This document shows positions 16,855 through 26,924 of a stretch of 28,955 nt of DNA, piece by piece. Source of the DNA: Microcoleaceae cyanobacterium. Lineage in GTDB: Bacteria > Cyanobacteriota > Cyanobacteriia > Cyanobacteriales > Microcoleaceae. Made by a program: the position numbers and the translations under genes. Numbering within the stretch: position 1 is the first letter of the stretch; every line of letters begins with the position of its first letter. Location of the stretch: NCBI GenBank assembly GCA_051652765.1, contig JBOFUV010000001.1, positions 1-28,955 on the forward strand, in the 5' to 3' direction. A model generated the notes under the pieces. It saw nothing but the letters and a program-made list of their open reading frames with translations, made no database searches and had not been told where the DNA came from.

Positions 16855-16867
16855 TTTGTAGAGTTCC

Positions 16868-17899
16868 TTAATCATTTTTCAGTGTTTTTCCAACGACTTC
16901 TCGCACCCGATAAATCGGTCGGTTCTGAGATTCGTGGTAGGTTCGCATGGTCACCTCAGCCAACAGACCAAAGCAGAACAGTTGAATCCCAGTCAAGGTT
17001 AATAGCACCGCTAGAACTAACAGAGGGCGATCGCCAATCCGTTCTCCTAGGCCATATTTCAAAAAGGTGAGATAGCCGCCAAAGAACAAGCCAGAGATTA
17101 AGGAAACTAATCCCAGCAAACCAAAAACGTGCATGGGCCGGGTGAGGAACCGCTTCATAAAAGCAATGGTGAGTAAGTCCATCACCACTCGAAAGGTGCG
17201 GTCGATGCCATATTTACTACTGCCATACTTACGGGGCTCGTGTTTTACAGGAATCTCAGCAATCCGGGCCCCCTCAATCGCGGCTAAGGCAGGCAAGAAA
17301 CGATGAAGTTCGCCATAGAGTTTCATGTCAGCTAATACTTCTCGGCGATAGGCTTTGAGAGAGCAGCCATAGTCATGAATCTTGACATCCGTCATCTGGC
17401 CAATGATCCAATTGGCAACCTTTGAAGGCAAAAGACGGCTAATTTTATCATCTTGCCGATCCTTACGCCAGCCACTCACCAGGTCATAGCCTTCGTTCAG
17501 CTTGTTCAATACCTTGGGAATCTCAGAGGGAGGATTTTGCAGATCGCCATCCAGGGTAACAATTATATTCCCACGGGCATAGTCAAACCCTGCTGCCATG
17601 GCTGGAGTCTGCCCATAGTTCCGGCGCAGGAGAATAGCCCGCAGAATCGGGTTGACCTGAGCTTCCTGCCGTAGCCAATCTCCTGACCCATCTTTTGAGC
17701 CATCATTCACGCAGATTAACTCATAGGTAAATCCCAAGGGATCTAGGGCTGCTTGAATTTCCCGGACTAATTCAGGTAAGCTTTCAACTTCATTGTAGAT
17801 GGGAACAACAATTGAAACTTCTGGCTTCTGGGTATGAACTGAAGCTAGCTCAACGTCCTGCAAATGTTTGGTCTTTAAAGTATCCATAGAAGTATCCAT
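16868..17899 (-). CDS. GT2 polyprenyl-phosphate glycosyltransferase (ArnC/GtrB/DPM-like) with two C-terminal TM helices
   Basis: SIVVPIYNE, VNDGSKD, RNYGQTPA, LDGDLQNPP and HDYGCSLKAYR are present. The start could be 17899 or 17887 because the start codon is duplicated. Confidence 0.92.
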   Translation of the reverse strand: MDTSMDTLKTKHLQDVELASVHTQKPEVSIVVPIYNEVESLPELVREIQAALDPLGFTYELICVNDGSKDGSGDWLRQEAQVNPILRAILLRRNYGQTPAMAAGFDYARGNIIVTLDGDLQNPPSEIPKVLNKLNEGYDLVSGWRKDRQDDKISRLLPSKVANWIIGQMTDVKIHDYGCSLKAYRREVLADMKLYGELHRFLPALAAIEGARIAEIPVKHEPRKYGSSKYGIDRTFRVVMDLLTIAFMKRFLTRPMHVFGLLGLVSLISGLFFGGYLTFLKYGLGERIGDRPLLVLAVLLTLTGIQLFCFGLLAEVTMRTYHESQNRPIYRVREVVGKTLKND

Positions 17900-18010
17900 A
17901 GAAGTATTTAGAACAAGTAACGAGTTGAAAATCCGTAAAAACTCAAACTCTGTTGGAGACTGCTGACTTCTGTGCTGAACGTCCAGAAGATCTTCAGTAT
18001 TCCAAGCACC

Positions 18011-19657
18011 CTAAGAATTAGAATCAACCTTTGTTGATCCCGCTGAACCAGGTTTTACCAGAAAAACCTGCACCGGATCGAACTCTAGACTCTCGAACAT
18101 CTGGGTCGGCACCACGGGTTGGCCATCTTGACTGACCCGTTGACCCGTGAGGTCAACAACCTGATAGCCTGGGCCAACCATCATTTCAAACACCCGATCA
18201 ATTCCAGGCTTATCCCTGCAAGCCACCCAACACACGAGCCATAGACGAGACTCAACCGGGGGCATCTGCTCCAATTCTTGTTGGATAAAGGATTTTTCTA
18301 GGGTTTTGCCAGATTTAGACAAATCATACATTGGGGTCGTCCCCTGATAATACCGAGGCAAAGACTGCGCCCGGACTTTGTCAACCGAGTAGTAAATTAG
18401 AGAATCCCCTGGCTGCTCATTGCTTTGCAGATATTGGGCAACACTCTGCCAATCATTGCGATAGAGCACCGTGTAGTAATCCTTCAATCCCCCCGAGACC
18501 GCAATCAAATAGAGAATGGCAATGCCAATGCCTACCGAACGTCGCCATCTCCAGACCACGACAAACCCTGATGCCAACAAAATTAAGAAATAAGGAGCCA
18601 CGAACAACAAATAACGGGGGAACCAGATTGAACTCTGGGTATAAGAAATCAGCAGCATGAGAGCAGCAGGCAACATCGCCCAAGCACACAGCCAAACCAA
18701 CTGCTCCGACCGTAAATTTCTCCGAAACAGGGCAAATAAAGGGATTCCTAACAACCCTAACAAAACCACCGTAACCCCGCCATAGTAAATCAGAGAAAGG
18801 GTTTTTGAGGCGAACAGATTCGCAACCAAGGACTGATCCCCAAGCTGATCCTTTTGTAACACAACCTGGTTAGATTCAAAGAGATGTCGCAGAGGCCAGT
18901 AAACCGTGAACTGGGTAATCATTCCCAGAACCTGCGTGAGTCCCGGCTTCGAATACTCTCCAACCTGCTTGGCCATAAAGTCTTCTGACGCTCCTCCTTG
19001 AGTTAAAACCCAAACCGGAGGCAGAAAAGCAATCACAATCAGCCCCATCGCAAACCCAGAGGTCAAAAACCACCGGAGTTGCTGCCGAAATGTCCATGCC
19101 AAAACTAAAGTGTCTGGTAACAGGATCAAGACATTATTCGAGTTGGTTAGGAGCAGGGCAATTCGAGCCACCACCCAAATAGCCAAAGCCCCGTAGGTTG
19201 GATGTTCAAGAACATGGGTCAAGGCCAAGGTTCCCCCCAAACTCAGAAAACTGATTAAGGTATACATCCGAATTTCCTGAGAGTGATTGATAAACAGAGG
19301 CGATAGTGCCATCAGCAGCGCCGCCAATAGCCCAGTGGGTTCATCAATCAGCCGTCGGCCCAACTGATACGTTAGGAAAATGCTGCCCAAACCAAAAATA
19401 ATCGAGAAGCCTCGCAACCAAGCATCACCAGTACCAAGAAACATCCACTGCTTGAGGAGCACGAAGTAAAAGGGACGCAGATAGGGAAACTTTAACTGAA
19501 ACGTTTCGGCGTTCCCAATACTGAGCATCTCATCAATCCAGAGGCTCTCAGTGGTCAGTTGATAAAGCCGGAGAATTGTGCCAATCCCAAGAATGAGGGC
19601 AATGGGCAACCACTGACTCACCTCAACCGTCCGATGACTAGATTTACTGTAGTACAT
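18011..19657 (-). CDS. GT-C superfamily integral-membrane glycosyltransferase (PMT_2/ArnT-like)
   Basis: LRLYQLTTESLWIDE loop after TM1, SQEIRMY, PRYLLF, many TM segments and a soluble C-terminal domain. Confidence 0.85.
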   Translation of the reverse strand: MYYSKSSHRTVEVSQWLPIALILGIGTILRLYQLTTESLWIDEMLSIGNAETFQLKFPYLRPFYFVLLKQWMFLGTGDAWLRGFSIIFGLGSIFLTYQLGRRLIDEPTGLLAALLMALSPLFINHSQEIRMYTLISFLSLGGTLALTHVLEHPTYGALAIWVVARIALLLTNSNNVLILLPDTLVLAWTFRQQLRWFLTSGFAMGLIVIAFLPPVWVLTQGGASEDFMAKQVGEYSKPGLTQVLGMITQFTVYWPLRHLFESNQVVLQKDQLGDQSLVANLFASKTLSLIYYGGVTVVLLGLLGIPLFALFRRNLRSEQLVWLCAWAMLPAALMLLISYTQSSIWFPRYLLFVAPYFLILLASGFVVVWRWRRSVGIGIAILYLIAVSGGLKDYYTVLYRNDWQSVAQYLQSNEQPGDSLIYYSVDKVRAQSLPRYYQGTTPMYDLSKSGKTLEKSFIQQELEQMPPVESRLWLVCWVACRDKPGIDRVFEMMVGPGYQVVDLTGQRVSQDGQPVVPTQMFESLEFDPVQVFLVKPGSAGSTKVDSNS

Positions 19658-20680
19658 GAACTAACACCCAAAAGACTAGGGGATTTCTCAACAGTTGCTC
19701 CGAATACTGACTAGCTTGCCTCATCGCCATAATTGCTAAAACTCCCTATCTAAATCAGTAGATTTGCTTACCAATTCCGATCATTTGTACCCTGCCATCG
19801 ATTCAATCAGCAGACTTACAGATATCTAGCGAACCTGCTTTAGGGGTAAATTTCACAATTACTAGAGACCCCACTACTAAAGAACCTACTCTAACCTAAC
19901 CAACAATATTATTAATAGTCAATAGAGCCATTCCTTAATCTTAAGATTTAGCAGAAAAAATACTTTATTTGTAGTTTTATCATAAATTAAATATAACCTG
20001 TTTCAATAGAGAACTGTCTATTCACGCAATGAATTGATCATTCCAGGTAGCGAATAGATCCAGTCTCAAATGTTGAATATCTTTCGTTAAAGTCAAAGCC
20101 ACTGAAATATAGAGTTTGACAGTCTAAATTGAACTGATGGACTTTCAAGAGGGTATAAAGTTTGACCAGTAAAGAGGTTGAAAGACTCAGCCTAGGGCAA
20201 AGCTTATTCATTGAAGTTATTAAGCTTTATTCTTGCTTTAAGAAACAGCGCTTCTACTTAAAGATTTAGTAAACTTGGCCTCTAATAGGTGCAGCTCCGG
20301 CTTAGAAGCTACTAGAATTTACTTAGAATGATTACTTAGAATGACTTTTGATAAATGTAGAAAGAGATGGGGTGATTCTGCTGATGATAATCACAGCTTG
20401 GAGTTACTGAAATGACTAATGTCCAAATTGAAGCAGAGAGAATGGTGCTTGCTAACTATCAACAAGTCGCACCTTTCACTGCAGCTCAGATTGTAATTGT
20501 GTAGCTTTCCTAAAGGGGGAGATTTCCTCGCCCTGGCAACAAAAAAAATGTTGCAGACTGGGAGATACAGCGATTTCTAACTTGCTGGGGAACCTCTCAC
20601 CCCTCAAGTTCATCTGCTTGAAACAGATTTAAACAGAGATTTAGGAAATCGCTCTGGCCCGGACTGAACAAAACTAGCCA

Positions 20681-21907
20681 TTAAGCCCGACTTCTCAACG
20701 GAATTTGTTGGGGCTTTACGACATCAGCGTATAACTGTTCTAGCTGAGTAATATTCTGACTCAGGGTATAACGCTCCAGTACCCGTTGACGGGCTTTCTG
20801 ACTGAGAATCGTGATCAGTTCAGCGTGATCCCGGAACAAGGGCAGGAGCGTTCTCAGTTGAGTCGTTACCCCTTGAGTTTTCAAGACAACGCCTGCCCCT
20901 GACTCTAATACTTCGCCATCAGCCCCCGCATCAGTCGCAATACAAGCCAAGCCACAAGCCATTGCCTCTAGTAAAGACAGCGATAAACCTTCAACCAAGG
21001 ACGGCAGAATAAATACATCAGCACCCCTGAGAATTTCAATCCGCCGGTCTTCATCCCCTACAAATCCAAACCAGAAGATCCCATCCTCTGGGCCATAATA
21101 CAGCTTTAAGGAGGCCGCCAATGGCCCATCTCCGACGACGACAAGATGGGAGTCTTTACCCATTTCCGCCTTTTTCCATGCTTTGAATAAGGATTCAACG
21201 TTTTTTTCCATGGCCACCCGACCCTGGTAAACGAAGATGCGCTCAGCATTGAGTTCAGTTTTCAAACGAGAGGGGCCAGGAGAATATTTCAGGACATCAA
21301 CTCCATTGGGAATCACAACCACTTTTGCCTCTGGAACCCCCAAGCGAATCAGCAAATCCCGCTGAATGTGCGAAAACACAATCACTCGGTCATAGTTTGC
21401 TAAGAAAGGAGCATAAATCTGATACATCAAGTGTTGAGTTCCAGATGTGAGGTTGCGAAGTTTTTGATCAAACGGCGGATGGAATGTCGCAACCAAAGGC
21501 AAATTCAACTCAGCACAAATCTCTGGCAAAACAAAATCCAGGGGAGACAGAGTCAAAGAAGCATGAACAACATCTGGTTGAAGTTGCCGGAGGGACTGCA
21601 CCAAAACCCGACTCGATTTCAACGTTGGAATTGTGTAAATCTGAGACTTGTACAAGCAGGGTAGGGGAACCTCCTGAGTCGAAGCAACCGAGGTTAGCTG
21701 CTCCGTACCCAGGGGCCAAACCTGAGATTTAATTTTCCAATTATCCTGTAAAGCCCACTCCTCACGCCGCTCTGCAAATGCTGCTTCTGAAGCAAAGTGC
21801 AAAAAACTCACCTGATAGCCTCGATCTAACAAAGCATTTGTAATTTCTCGCGAGTAGGTGACATTTCCGCAAAACGGCGATTTTTTTCCCAGCCAAGCAA
21901 TGTGCAT
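20681..21907 (-). CDS. dgdA: GT4 glycosyltransferase, probable digalactosyldiacylglycerol synthase
   Basis: GT4 motifs VIPNGVD, GDGPL and PSLVEGLSLSLLEAMA are present. I recall the N-terminus MHIAWLGKKSPFCGNVTY as the conserved cyanobacterial DgdA/Ycf82 type; the family call is firm, the symbol is from memory. Confidence 0.7.
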   Translation of the reverse strand: MHIAWLGKKSPFCGNVTYSREITNALLDRGYQVSFLHFASEAAFAERREEWALQDNWKIKSQVWPLGTEQLTSVASTQEVPLPCLYKSQIYTIPTLKSSRVLVQSLRQLQPDVVHASLTLSPLDFVLPEICAELNLPLVATFHPPFDQKLRNLTSGTQHLMYQIYAPFLANYDRVIVFSHIQRDLLIRLGVPEAKVVVIPNGVDVLKYSPGPSRLKTELNAERIFVYQGRVAMEKNVESLFKAWKKAEMGKDSHLVVVGDGPLAASLKLYYGPEDGIFWFGFVGDEDRRIEILRGADVFILPSLVEGLSLSLLEAMACGLACIATDAGADGEVLESGAGVVLKTQGVTTQLRTLLPLFRDHAELITILSQKARQRVLERYTLSQNITQLEQLYADVVKPQQIPLRSRA

Positions 21908-22071
21908 CTAGCTTAACTCAAGTTTATATTTCGTTATTTTCTGACTGAATTTATCACGTATTTTCCCAACCGTGTGCTCAGATGACAAATCTCAGCAATT
22001 CCCAGTACGAATTGAGCAAATTAACCCTGAACCCACCCTTGGAGCAGTCAACGTTCACCCTAGGCAGGATC

Positions 22072-22407
22072 TCACTGGGCTGTCCAGACCGCCTCAGTCC
22101 CTTGGCCCCAGAACCCATTCAGTTTCTTGACTTTTACATCACCAAGAACCTTAACCTGGCAAGCTAGACGACGGGTTGAACCAGAAGTATGGGGCGGAAG
22201 CGATAGCCTAGTCTGCTCTCGCCAACCCATGACCGAAATATCGCCCTCTACTTCAACAGCACAAGTGCCGCAAGTGCCAATTCCCCGGCAATTAATCAAG
22301 CTAGCTTGGCCGTTGTAGAGATTCACTCCGTGCTTGAGCAATACTTGTCGCAGGTTGGCCCCGCGATCACACTCAATTTCTTTCCCCTCGGCATAGACCT
22401 TGGTCAT
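22072..22407 (-). CDS. 2Fe-2S ferredoxin-like protein
   Basis: CRGIGTCGTC...RLACQ cysteine pattern, with RBS AGGAG upstream. Confidence 0.92.
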   Translation of the reverse strand: MTKVYAEGKEIECDRGANLRQVLLKHGVNLYNGQASLINCRGIGTCGTCAVEVEGDISVMGWREQTRLSLPPHTSGSTRRLACQVKVLGDVKVKKLNGFWGQGTEAVWTAQ

Positions 22408-22435
22408 TGACTTATCTCCTATATAGACCCATCTC

Positions 22436-22498
22436 TAAGTGCTTTAACTTATAAGTGCTTTAACCTATAGGTGCTTTAGCTTGTAATGTTTTAACTTG
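22436..22498. repeat. Degenerate tandem repeat, about 4 x 16 nt (TAAGTGCTTTAACTTA)
   Basis: taagtgctttaactta/taagtgctttaaccta/taggtgctttagcttg/taatgttttaacttg. Confidence 0.85.
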
Positions 22499-22568
22499 TG
22501 TTAAAGAGTCTAGCAGAAACCTCGCAGCTTCCTGCTGAAATTGATCTGACCAAGTTTAATTCAGAGCC

Positions 22569-23486
22569 TTAGGCTTTTGACTGTGAGCCCAAGACAGCAA
22601 ATCCCACGCCAATCAAAATTACCATTCCACCGATTAGCACGGTCAATGATGGCACCTCTTTGAATAGAAAAAATCCCAAAATACTGGAACCTACAGGTTC
22701 AAACAAAATCGCCAAAGTGACTAGATTTGGAGAAACGTGAGTTATGGCCCAATTGAAACTCGTATGACCAATTAATTGGGGCAAAATTGCCATCAGAACT
22801 AGGTAAACATAAACAGATTGAGGATAACCTGTATATTGAGTTTCAAATAAGAATGGCAAAGGCAATAAAAAAAGCGCTGCAACTGTGTAGGCAATCACAA
22901 TATAACTTGAAATCTTAAGACCCTGTCGTTGGGCTTCTCGCCCCAGAATCAAATAAAAGCTAACTGCCCAAGCTCCAACCAAGGCCAAACCATTTCCGAA
23001 TAGAGAGTTATTATAATTCTCATGGGTTTCAATACCTCCGAACCCAATTCCAATCCCACCCAAAAAGGCAATTAAGATCCCAAATCCAGTTAGCTTTGAC
23101 AGGGGTTCTTTTAACCAAAAATAAGATAAAAGTGTGACCCAGATTGGGCTAGTTGTCACTAGGGTTGTAGAGGCAACGATAGAAGTGTATGACAAAGACG
23201 TAATCCAAGTTGCAAAGTGAATTGCTAGACAGATTCCAGCAGATCCAGCATAGAACAAGGGCTGAGGTTGAAGCAGTTGCCAGTCCTGTTTTAACCAAGT
23301 TGGTGATAAAAGTAAAGCTGCAATAGTCAACCGAGATGCCGCGATGACTAGGCTAAATCCAATGCTCTTGACCTCTGCTGCATTGGTTGCAAGGCGGACT
23401 AAAACTGCCCCCGTAGAAATTGCAACGACTCCAATGACAATAACAAGACTAACCTGCCAAGCAGATGATGCATCAGACCGGTTCAT
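22569..23486 (-). CDS. DMT/EamA family transporter
   Basis: About 10 hydrophobic segments, with HFATWITSLSYTS, PQLIGHTSFNWA and LFEPVGSSIL. Confidence 0.9.
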   Translation of the reverse strand: MNRSDASSAWQVSLVIVIGVVAISTGAVLVRLATNAAEVKSIGFSLVIAASRLTIAALLLSPTWLKQDWQLLQPQPLFYAGSAGICLAIHFATWITSLSYTSIVASTTLVTTSPIWVTLLSYFWLKEPLSKLTGFGILIAFLGGIGIGFGGIETHENYNNSLFGNGLALVGAWAVSFYLILGREAQRQGLKISSYIVIAYTVAALFLLPLPFLFETQYTGYPQSVYVYLVLMAILPQLIGHTSFNWAITHVSPNLVTLAILFEPVGSSILGFFLFKEVPSLTVLIGGMVILIGVGFAVLGSQSKA

Positions 23487-23629
23487 AAGTTCTCCATAGT
23501 TCTAAAACTAAATTGATTTAAGGTTAAGCTCAATTGATCATGGTAAATTCTATGGACAGATACTCAATTGTTTTTTATAATTTTCCCTTACTTCTGCTCA
23601 TTAATTCCTACGCTTAACGCCTCAACCTT

Positions 23630-24484
23630 ATGAATTCACCAACGGCTTCCCTTTTGTTGTCATGTCCTGATCAAACAGGATTAGTAGCAAAAATTGCAAA
23701 TTTTATCTACTCAAATGGCGGCAACATTATTCATGCTGACCAACATACGGATTTTTCTACTGGAATATTTTTGACTCGGATTGAATGGCAACTAGAAGGT
23801 TTTAACTTGCCACGAGAGGTCATTTCACCCGCTTTTGCAGCGATCGCGAAGCCTTTAAATGCAGATTGGCAAATTCATTTTTCTGATACAGTTCTCCGGA
23901 TCGCGATTTGGGTCACAAAGCAAGATCACTGTCTTTTGGATTTGCTCTGGAGATGGCAAGCAAAGGAAATCCCTGCTGAGATTCCACTCATTATCAGTAA
24001 TCATTTTGACCTTCAGCCGATTGCCGATCAGTTTGGGATTGATTATCATCACATCGGAGTCACCCAAGATACAAAATCAGAACAAGAGAAAAAGCAACTG
24101 GAATGCTTGAAAGACTATAAGATCGACCTGGTAGTTTTAGCAAAATACATGCAAGTCCTCAGTTCAAGTTTCGTTGATCTGTTTCCTAAAATTATTAATA
24201 TTCATCACTCGTTTCTGCCTGCTTTTCCAGGGGCTAATCCTTATCAAAGAGCTTATAAAAGAGGGGTAAAAATTATTGGTGCAACGGCTCATTATGTTAC
24301 AGAAAATTTAGACGAAGGCCCAATTATTGAACAGGATGTTGTTCGAGTCAGCCATCGAGATACCGTTGCAGATTTAGTTCGTAAGGGAAAGGATTTAGAA
24401 CGATTGGTACTTGCTAGAGCAGTTCGATTGCATCTTCAAAACCGTGTGTTAATTTATCAAAATCGAACAGTTGTTTTCGAGTAG
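23630..24484 (+). CDS. purU: Formyltetrahydrofolate deformylase
   Basis: N-terminal ACT domain (SCPDQTGLVA), LAKYMQ, INIHHSFLPAF and GATAHYVTENLDEGPIIEQD. Confidence 0.97.
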   Translation: MNSPTASLLLSCPDQTGLVAKIANFIYSNGGNIIHADQHTDFSTGIFLTRIEWQLEGFNLPREVISPAFAAIAKPLNADWQIHFSDTVLRIAIWVTKQDHCLLDLLWRWQAKEIPAEIPLIISNHFDLQPIADQFGIDYHHIGVTQDTKSEQEKKQLECLKDYKIDLVVLAKYMQVLSSSFVDLFPKIINIHHSFLPAFPGANPYQRAYKRGVKIIGATAHYVTENLDEGPIIEQDVVRVSHRDTVADLVRKGKDLERLVLARAVRLHLQNRVLIYQNRTVVFE

Positions 24485-24698
24485 TCGTTTGCCCTATTCT
24501 TTGGGGTTGAGTGATCAGAACAATCAAGTTCCTGATGACCTAGGTATCTGATCTCAATTCGCTGTTTGCACACTATATTTACAGTCCCCAGATTAAGATC
24601 CTCCTGTCTTCGGCATCGCTCCTAAGTTTAGGAGAGCCAAATTTATTGTTCTCTGGTAGACTCGTGAAGTATTTTAAAACTAGCAAGAGTTTCGAGAT

Positions 24699-25250
24699 AT
24701 GACTCAAACCATTCAAAAACTACAAACAGAGTGGAATCAGATTAAAGCTCAGGCAGAGGCGATTTATGCGGAATATAATAGCCTGCGTCGAAAACGAGGA
24801 GTATTCCGTCTCGATCTGATTTTTCCTCAAGATCATCGACCCGAATCTCTAGAGGAATACCGCCAAAACTGTCAACAAGAGATCGCGAAATGGCATTTTG
24901 ATCTCCAAGAGCTTGATCAAGAATTGAAATCAACTCGCCTGAGATTGAAGAAAGTTCGAGCGCAACTCATTGTCAAACAAACTAAACTCTATGAGCTACA
25001 AGCCCAACAACAATGGCCAAAAGTTTGTGAGCAAGCTGAGATTGTTAATCAGTTGACTCAACAACTGGAACAAGAAATACGAACCCTCTGGAAACTTGCC
25101 CATGATTTTCAACCCAGAATTGGCTCTTGGCTACCGGAGCATCCCCAGCTAGTTGAGTTTTCTGAGGCAACTTTCGTTCCTACTGTTACAAGCCAAGAAG
25201 ACTGTTTGGCAGTGCAGAATCAAGCGGTTGATTGGCAGCAAGAACCTTAA
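24699..25250 (+). CDS. Hypothetical coiled-coil protein
   Basis: 183-aa ORF with Q/E/K/L-rich heptads, 10 nt upstream of the peptidase start. Confidence 0.7.
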   Translation: MTQTIQKLQTEWNQIKAQAEAIYAEYNSLRRKRGVFRLDLIFPQDHRPESLEEYRQNCQQEIAKWHFDLQELDQELKSTRLRLKKVRAQLIVKQTKLYELQAQQQWPKVCEQAEIVNQLTQQLEQEIRTLWKLAHDFQPRIGSWLPEHPQLVEFSEATFVPTVTSQEDCLAVQNQAVDWQQEP

Positions 25251-25260
25251 ATCTGAAGCC

Positions 25261-26409
25261 ATGAAAAAAGCAATTTTAGGGCTCTTTTTGATGGGTTTAC
25301 TGATTAGCAGTCTCGGTTGGAGCAGCCAACTTGAAAAAGGGTTAACCAAAAATCTAAACAGAGTTCAGCAGATCAGTTTAGTCTCTCCCAATTCTGCTGA
25401 AGCCAAAAAACTGCCAGAAAAATCATCAGAACCCTTACCAAGTTCATCCTCAAGCACTAACAATCAAACCCCTAAGAATCAAACTCCTGAAAATCACTTT
25501 TCAGTTGACCCTGAGCGTCTATGGCAAAATGTCGAAGCTTTAGCCGGAGAACGCTATCACGAGAGCGATCGCCTTGCCACCCAAAACTATCTGACCCAAC
25601 AACTCAAAGAATTCGGCTTTTTAACCCAGTTACAACCCTTTGATCAGGGCATCAATTTAATTGCTGAACAAATCCCAAATCAAGACCCTAAGCAAGATCA
25701 TATTGATGCGAATCGGGGAACTATTTTAGTAGCAGCTCATTATGATACCGTTCTCAATTCTCCTGGTGCGGATGACAATGCCAGCGGACTAGCTGTAGTG
25801 TTAGAAGTGGCTCGTTTATTGGGTCGGCAACAAACTTCTTTGGCCTTGAAAATCGCTTTTTTTGATCAAGAAGAACAGGGGTTGCTAGGGAGTTTTGCTT
25901 TCACAAATCAAGCTGAAAACTTAGAACGCTTGCAGGGAGTTGTTGTTTTAGATATGGTGGGTTATGCATGTCACGAAATCGGTTGCCAACGCTATCCAGC
26001 AGGAATTGATCCAACTTTACTATTGCAGGAATCAGGGATAGAAAACTCGGGTCAAGGTGAGTTTTTGGCTGTTATTGGAGAATTAGAACATCGTTCTTTT
26101 TTGGAACCCTTTCGTCAGGCTAAATCTAATGACACTTTAAATTTAACTTTAAATTCAAGTATTAAGCTGCCTCCAATTGTTACTCTACCTGTTCCTTTAA
26201 AAGGAGTGCTCACGCCAGATGTTTTAAGAAGTGACCATGCCCCGTTTTGGTATCAGCAGATCCCAGCGGTTTTGGTGACAGATACTGCAAATTTGCGATC
26301 GCCTCATTATCATCAGCCCAGTGACACTTTGGAGACTCTTGATCAAGGGTTTTTAACAGGTTCAGCTCAGTTGGTTGTCAATGCAGTAGCAAAGTTGCTA
26401 CAAAACTAG
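25261..26409 (+). CDS. M28 family metallopeptidase, exported
   Basis: AAHYDTV, GADDNASG, FDQEEQGLLGS, LDMVGY, RSDHAPF and YHQPSD are present. A signal-peptide-like N-terminus (MKKAILGLFLMGLLISS) begins at the ATG at 25261. Confidence 0.9.
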   Translation: MKKAILGLFLMGLLISSLGWSSQLEKGLTKNLNRVQQISLVSPNSAEAKKLPEKSSEPLPSSSSSTNNQTPKNQTPENHFSVDPERLWQNVEALAGERYHESDRLATQNYLTQQLKEFGFLTQLQPFDQGINLIAEQIPNQDPKQDHIDANRGTILVAAHYDTVLNSPGADDNASGLAVVLEVARLLGRQQTSLALKIAFFDQEEQGLLGSFAFTNQAENLERLQGVVVLDMVGYACHEIGCQRYPAGIDPTLLLQESGIENSGQGEFLAVIGELEHRSFLEPFRQAKSNDTLNLTLNSSIKLPPIVTLPVPLKGVLTPDVLRSDHAPFWYQQIPAVLVTDTANLRSPHYHQPSDTLETLDQGFLTGSAQLVVNAVAKLLQN

Positions 26410-26576
26410 AGCAATCAGTAGTGGTTTGTAAGCTGTTTGTGATCCTAGTCTCTAGCCTGTGCAGGTAAAATGCCCACTCTACGTTTATGCTGCCAATCAG
26501 ATTGCTAGATCAGCAAAACTATTAGAGTGTTACTAGGTTGCTAGTCTTCCTTGAGTCAGTCTTCACTAACCCAGAA

Positions 26577-26632
26577 AAAGTGATATTGATAAGGTGATGT
26601 TGAAAAAGTGATGTTGATAAAGTGAAGTTAAA
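26577..26632. repeat. Tandem repeat, 4 x 14 nt (AAAGTGATGTTGAT)
   Basis: aaagtgatattgat/aaggtgatgttgaa/aaagtgatgttgat/aaagtgaagttaaa. Confidence 0.85.
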
Positions 26633-26924
26633 ACGCTAGGACTATAACCTGTTCTTAACCTAATTTTAACATTAACGAATTTAAGATTAACGAAATCGGT
26701 CTTGATCTCTTTGAGTTCACTTTGAGTTCACATTGGGTTCCTGTCAAGTCGAGGGGCAGAACAAAATCTTAAACAGATCAGGGAGTAGCGGTTGCCAGGG
26801 AAGAAAGGTGTTACTTTATTTTTAATCCATCTTGTAAACTTTGGCGATTAGATTTTAGACTAAAGTTTGGCTCCATCCAGAGTTGACAGGTTGGGAGCAG
26901 AAAAAAACAACTGGGATTTTAGTA

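Noticed and set aside
20681..21907. sqdX assignment for the GT4 gene
   Set aside because: It lacks the SqdX-type N-terminus as I recall it (RIALFTETFLP) and fits the DgdA type better.
8050..24933. Other 60-134 aa ORFs nested in or antisense to called genes
   Set aside because: They overlap confident CDSs and show no motif or RBS support.
25153..25260. Upstream TTG start for the M28 peptidase
   Set aside because: It would overlap the previous gene by about 100 nt and bury the signal peptide that begins at the ATG at 25261.
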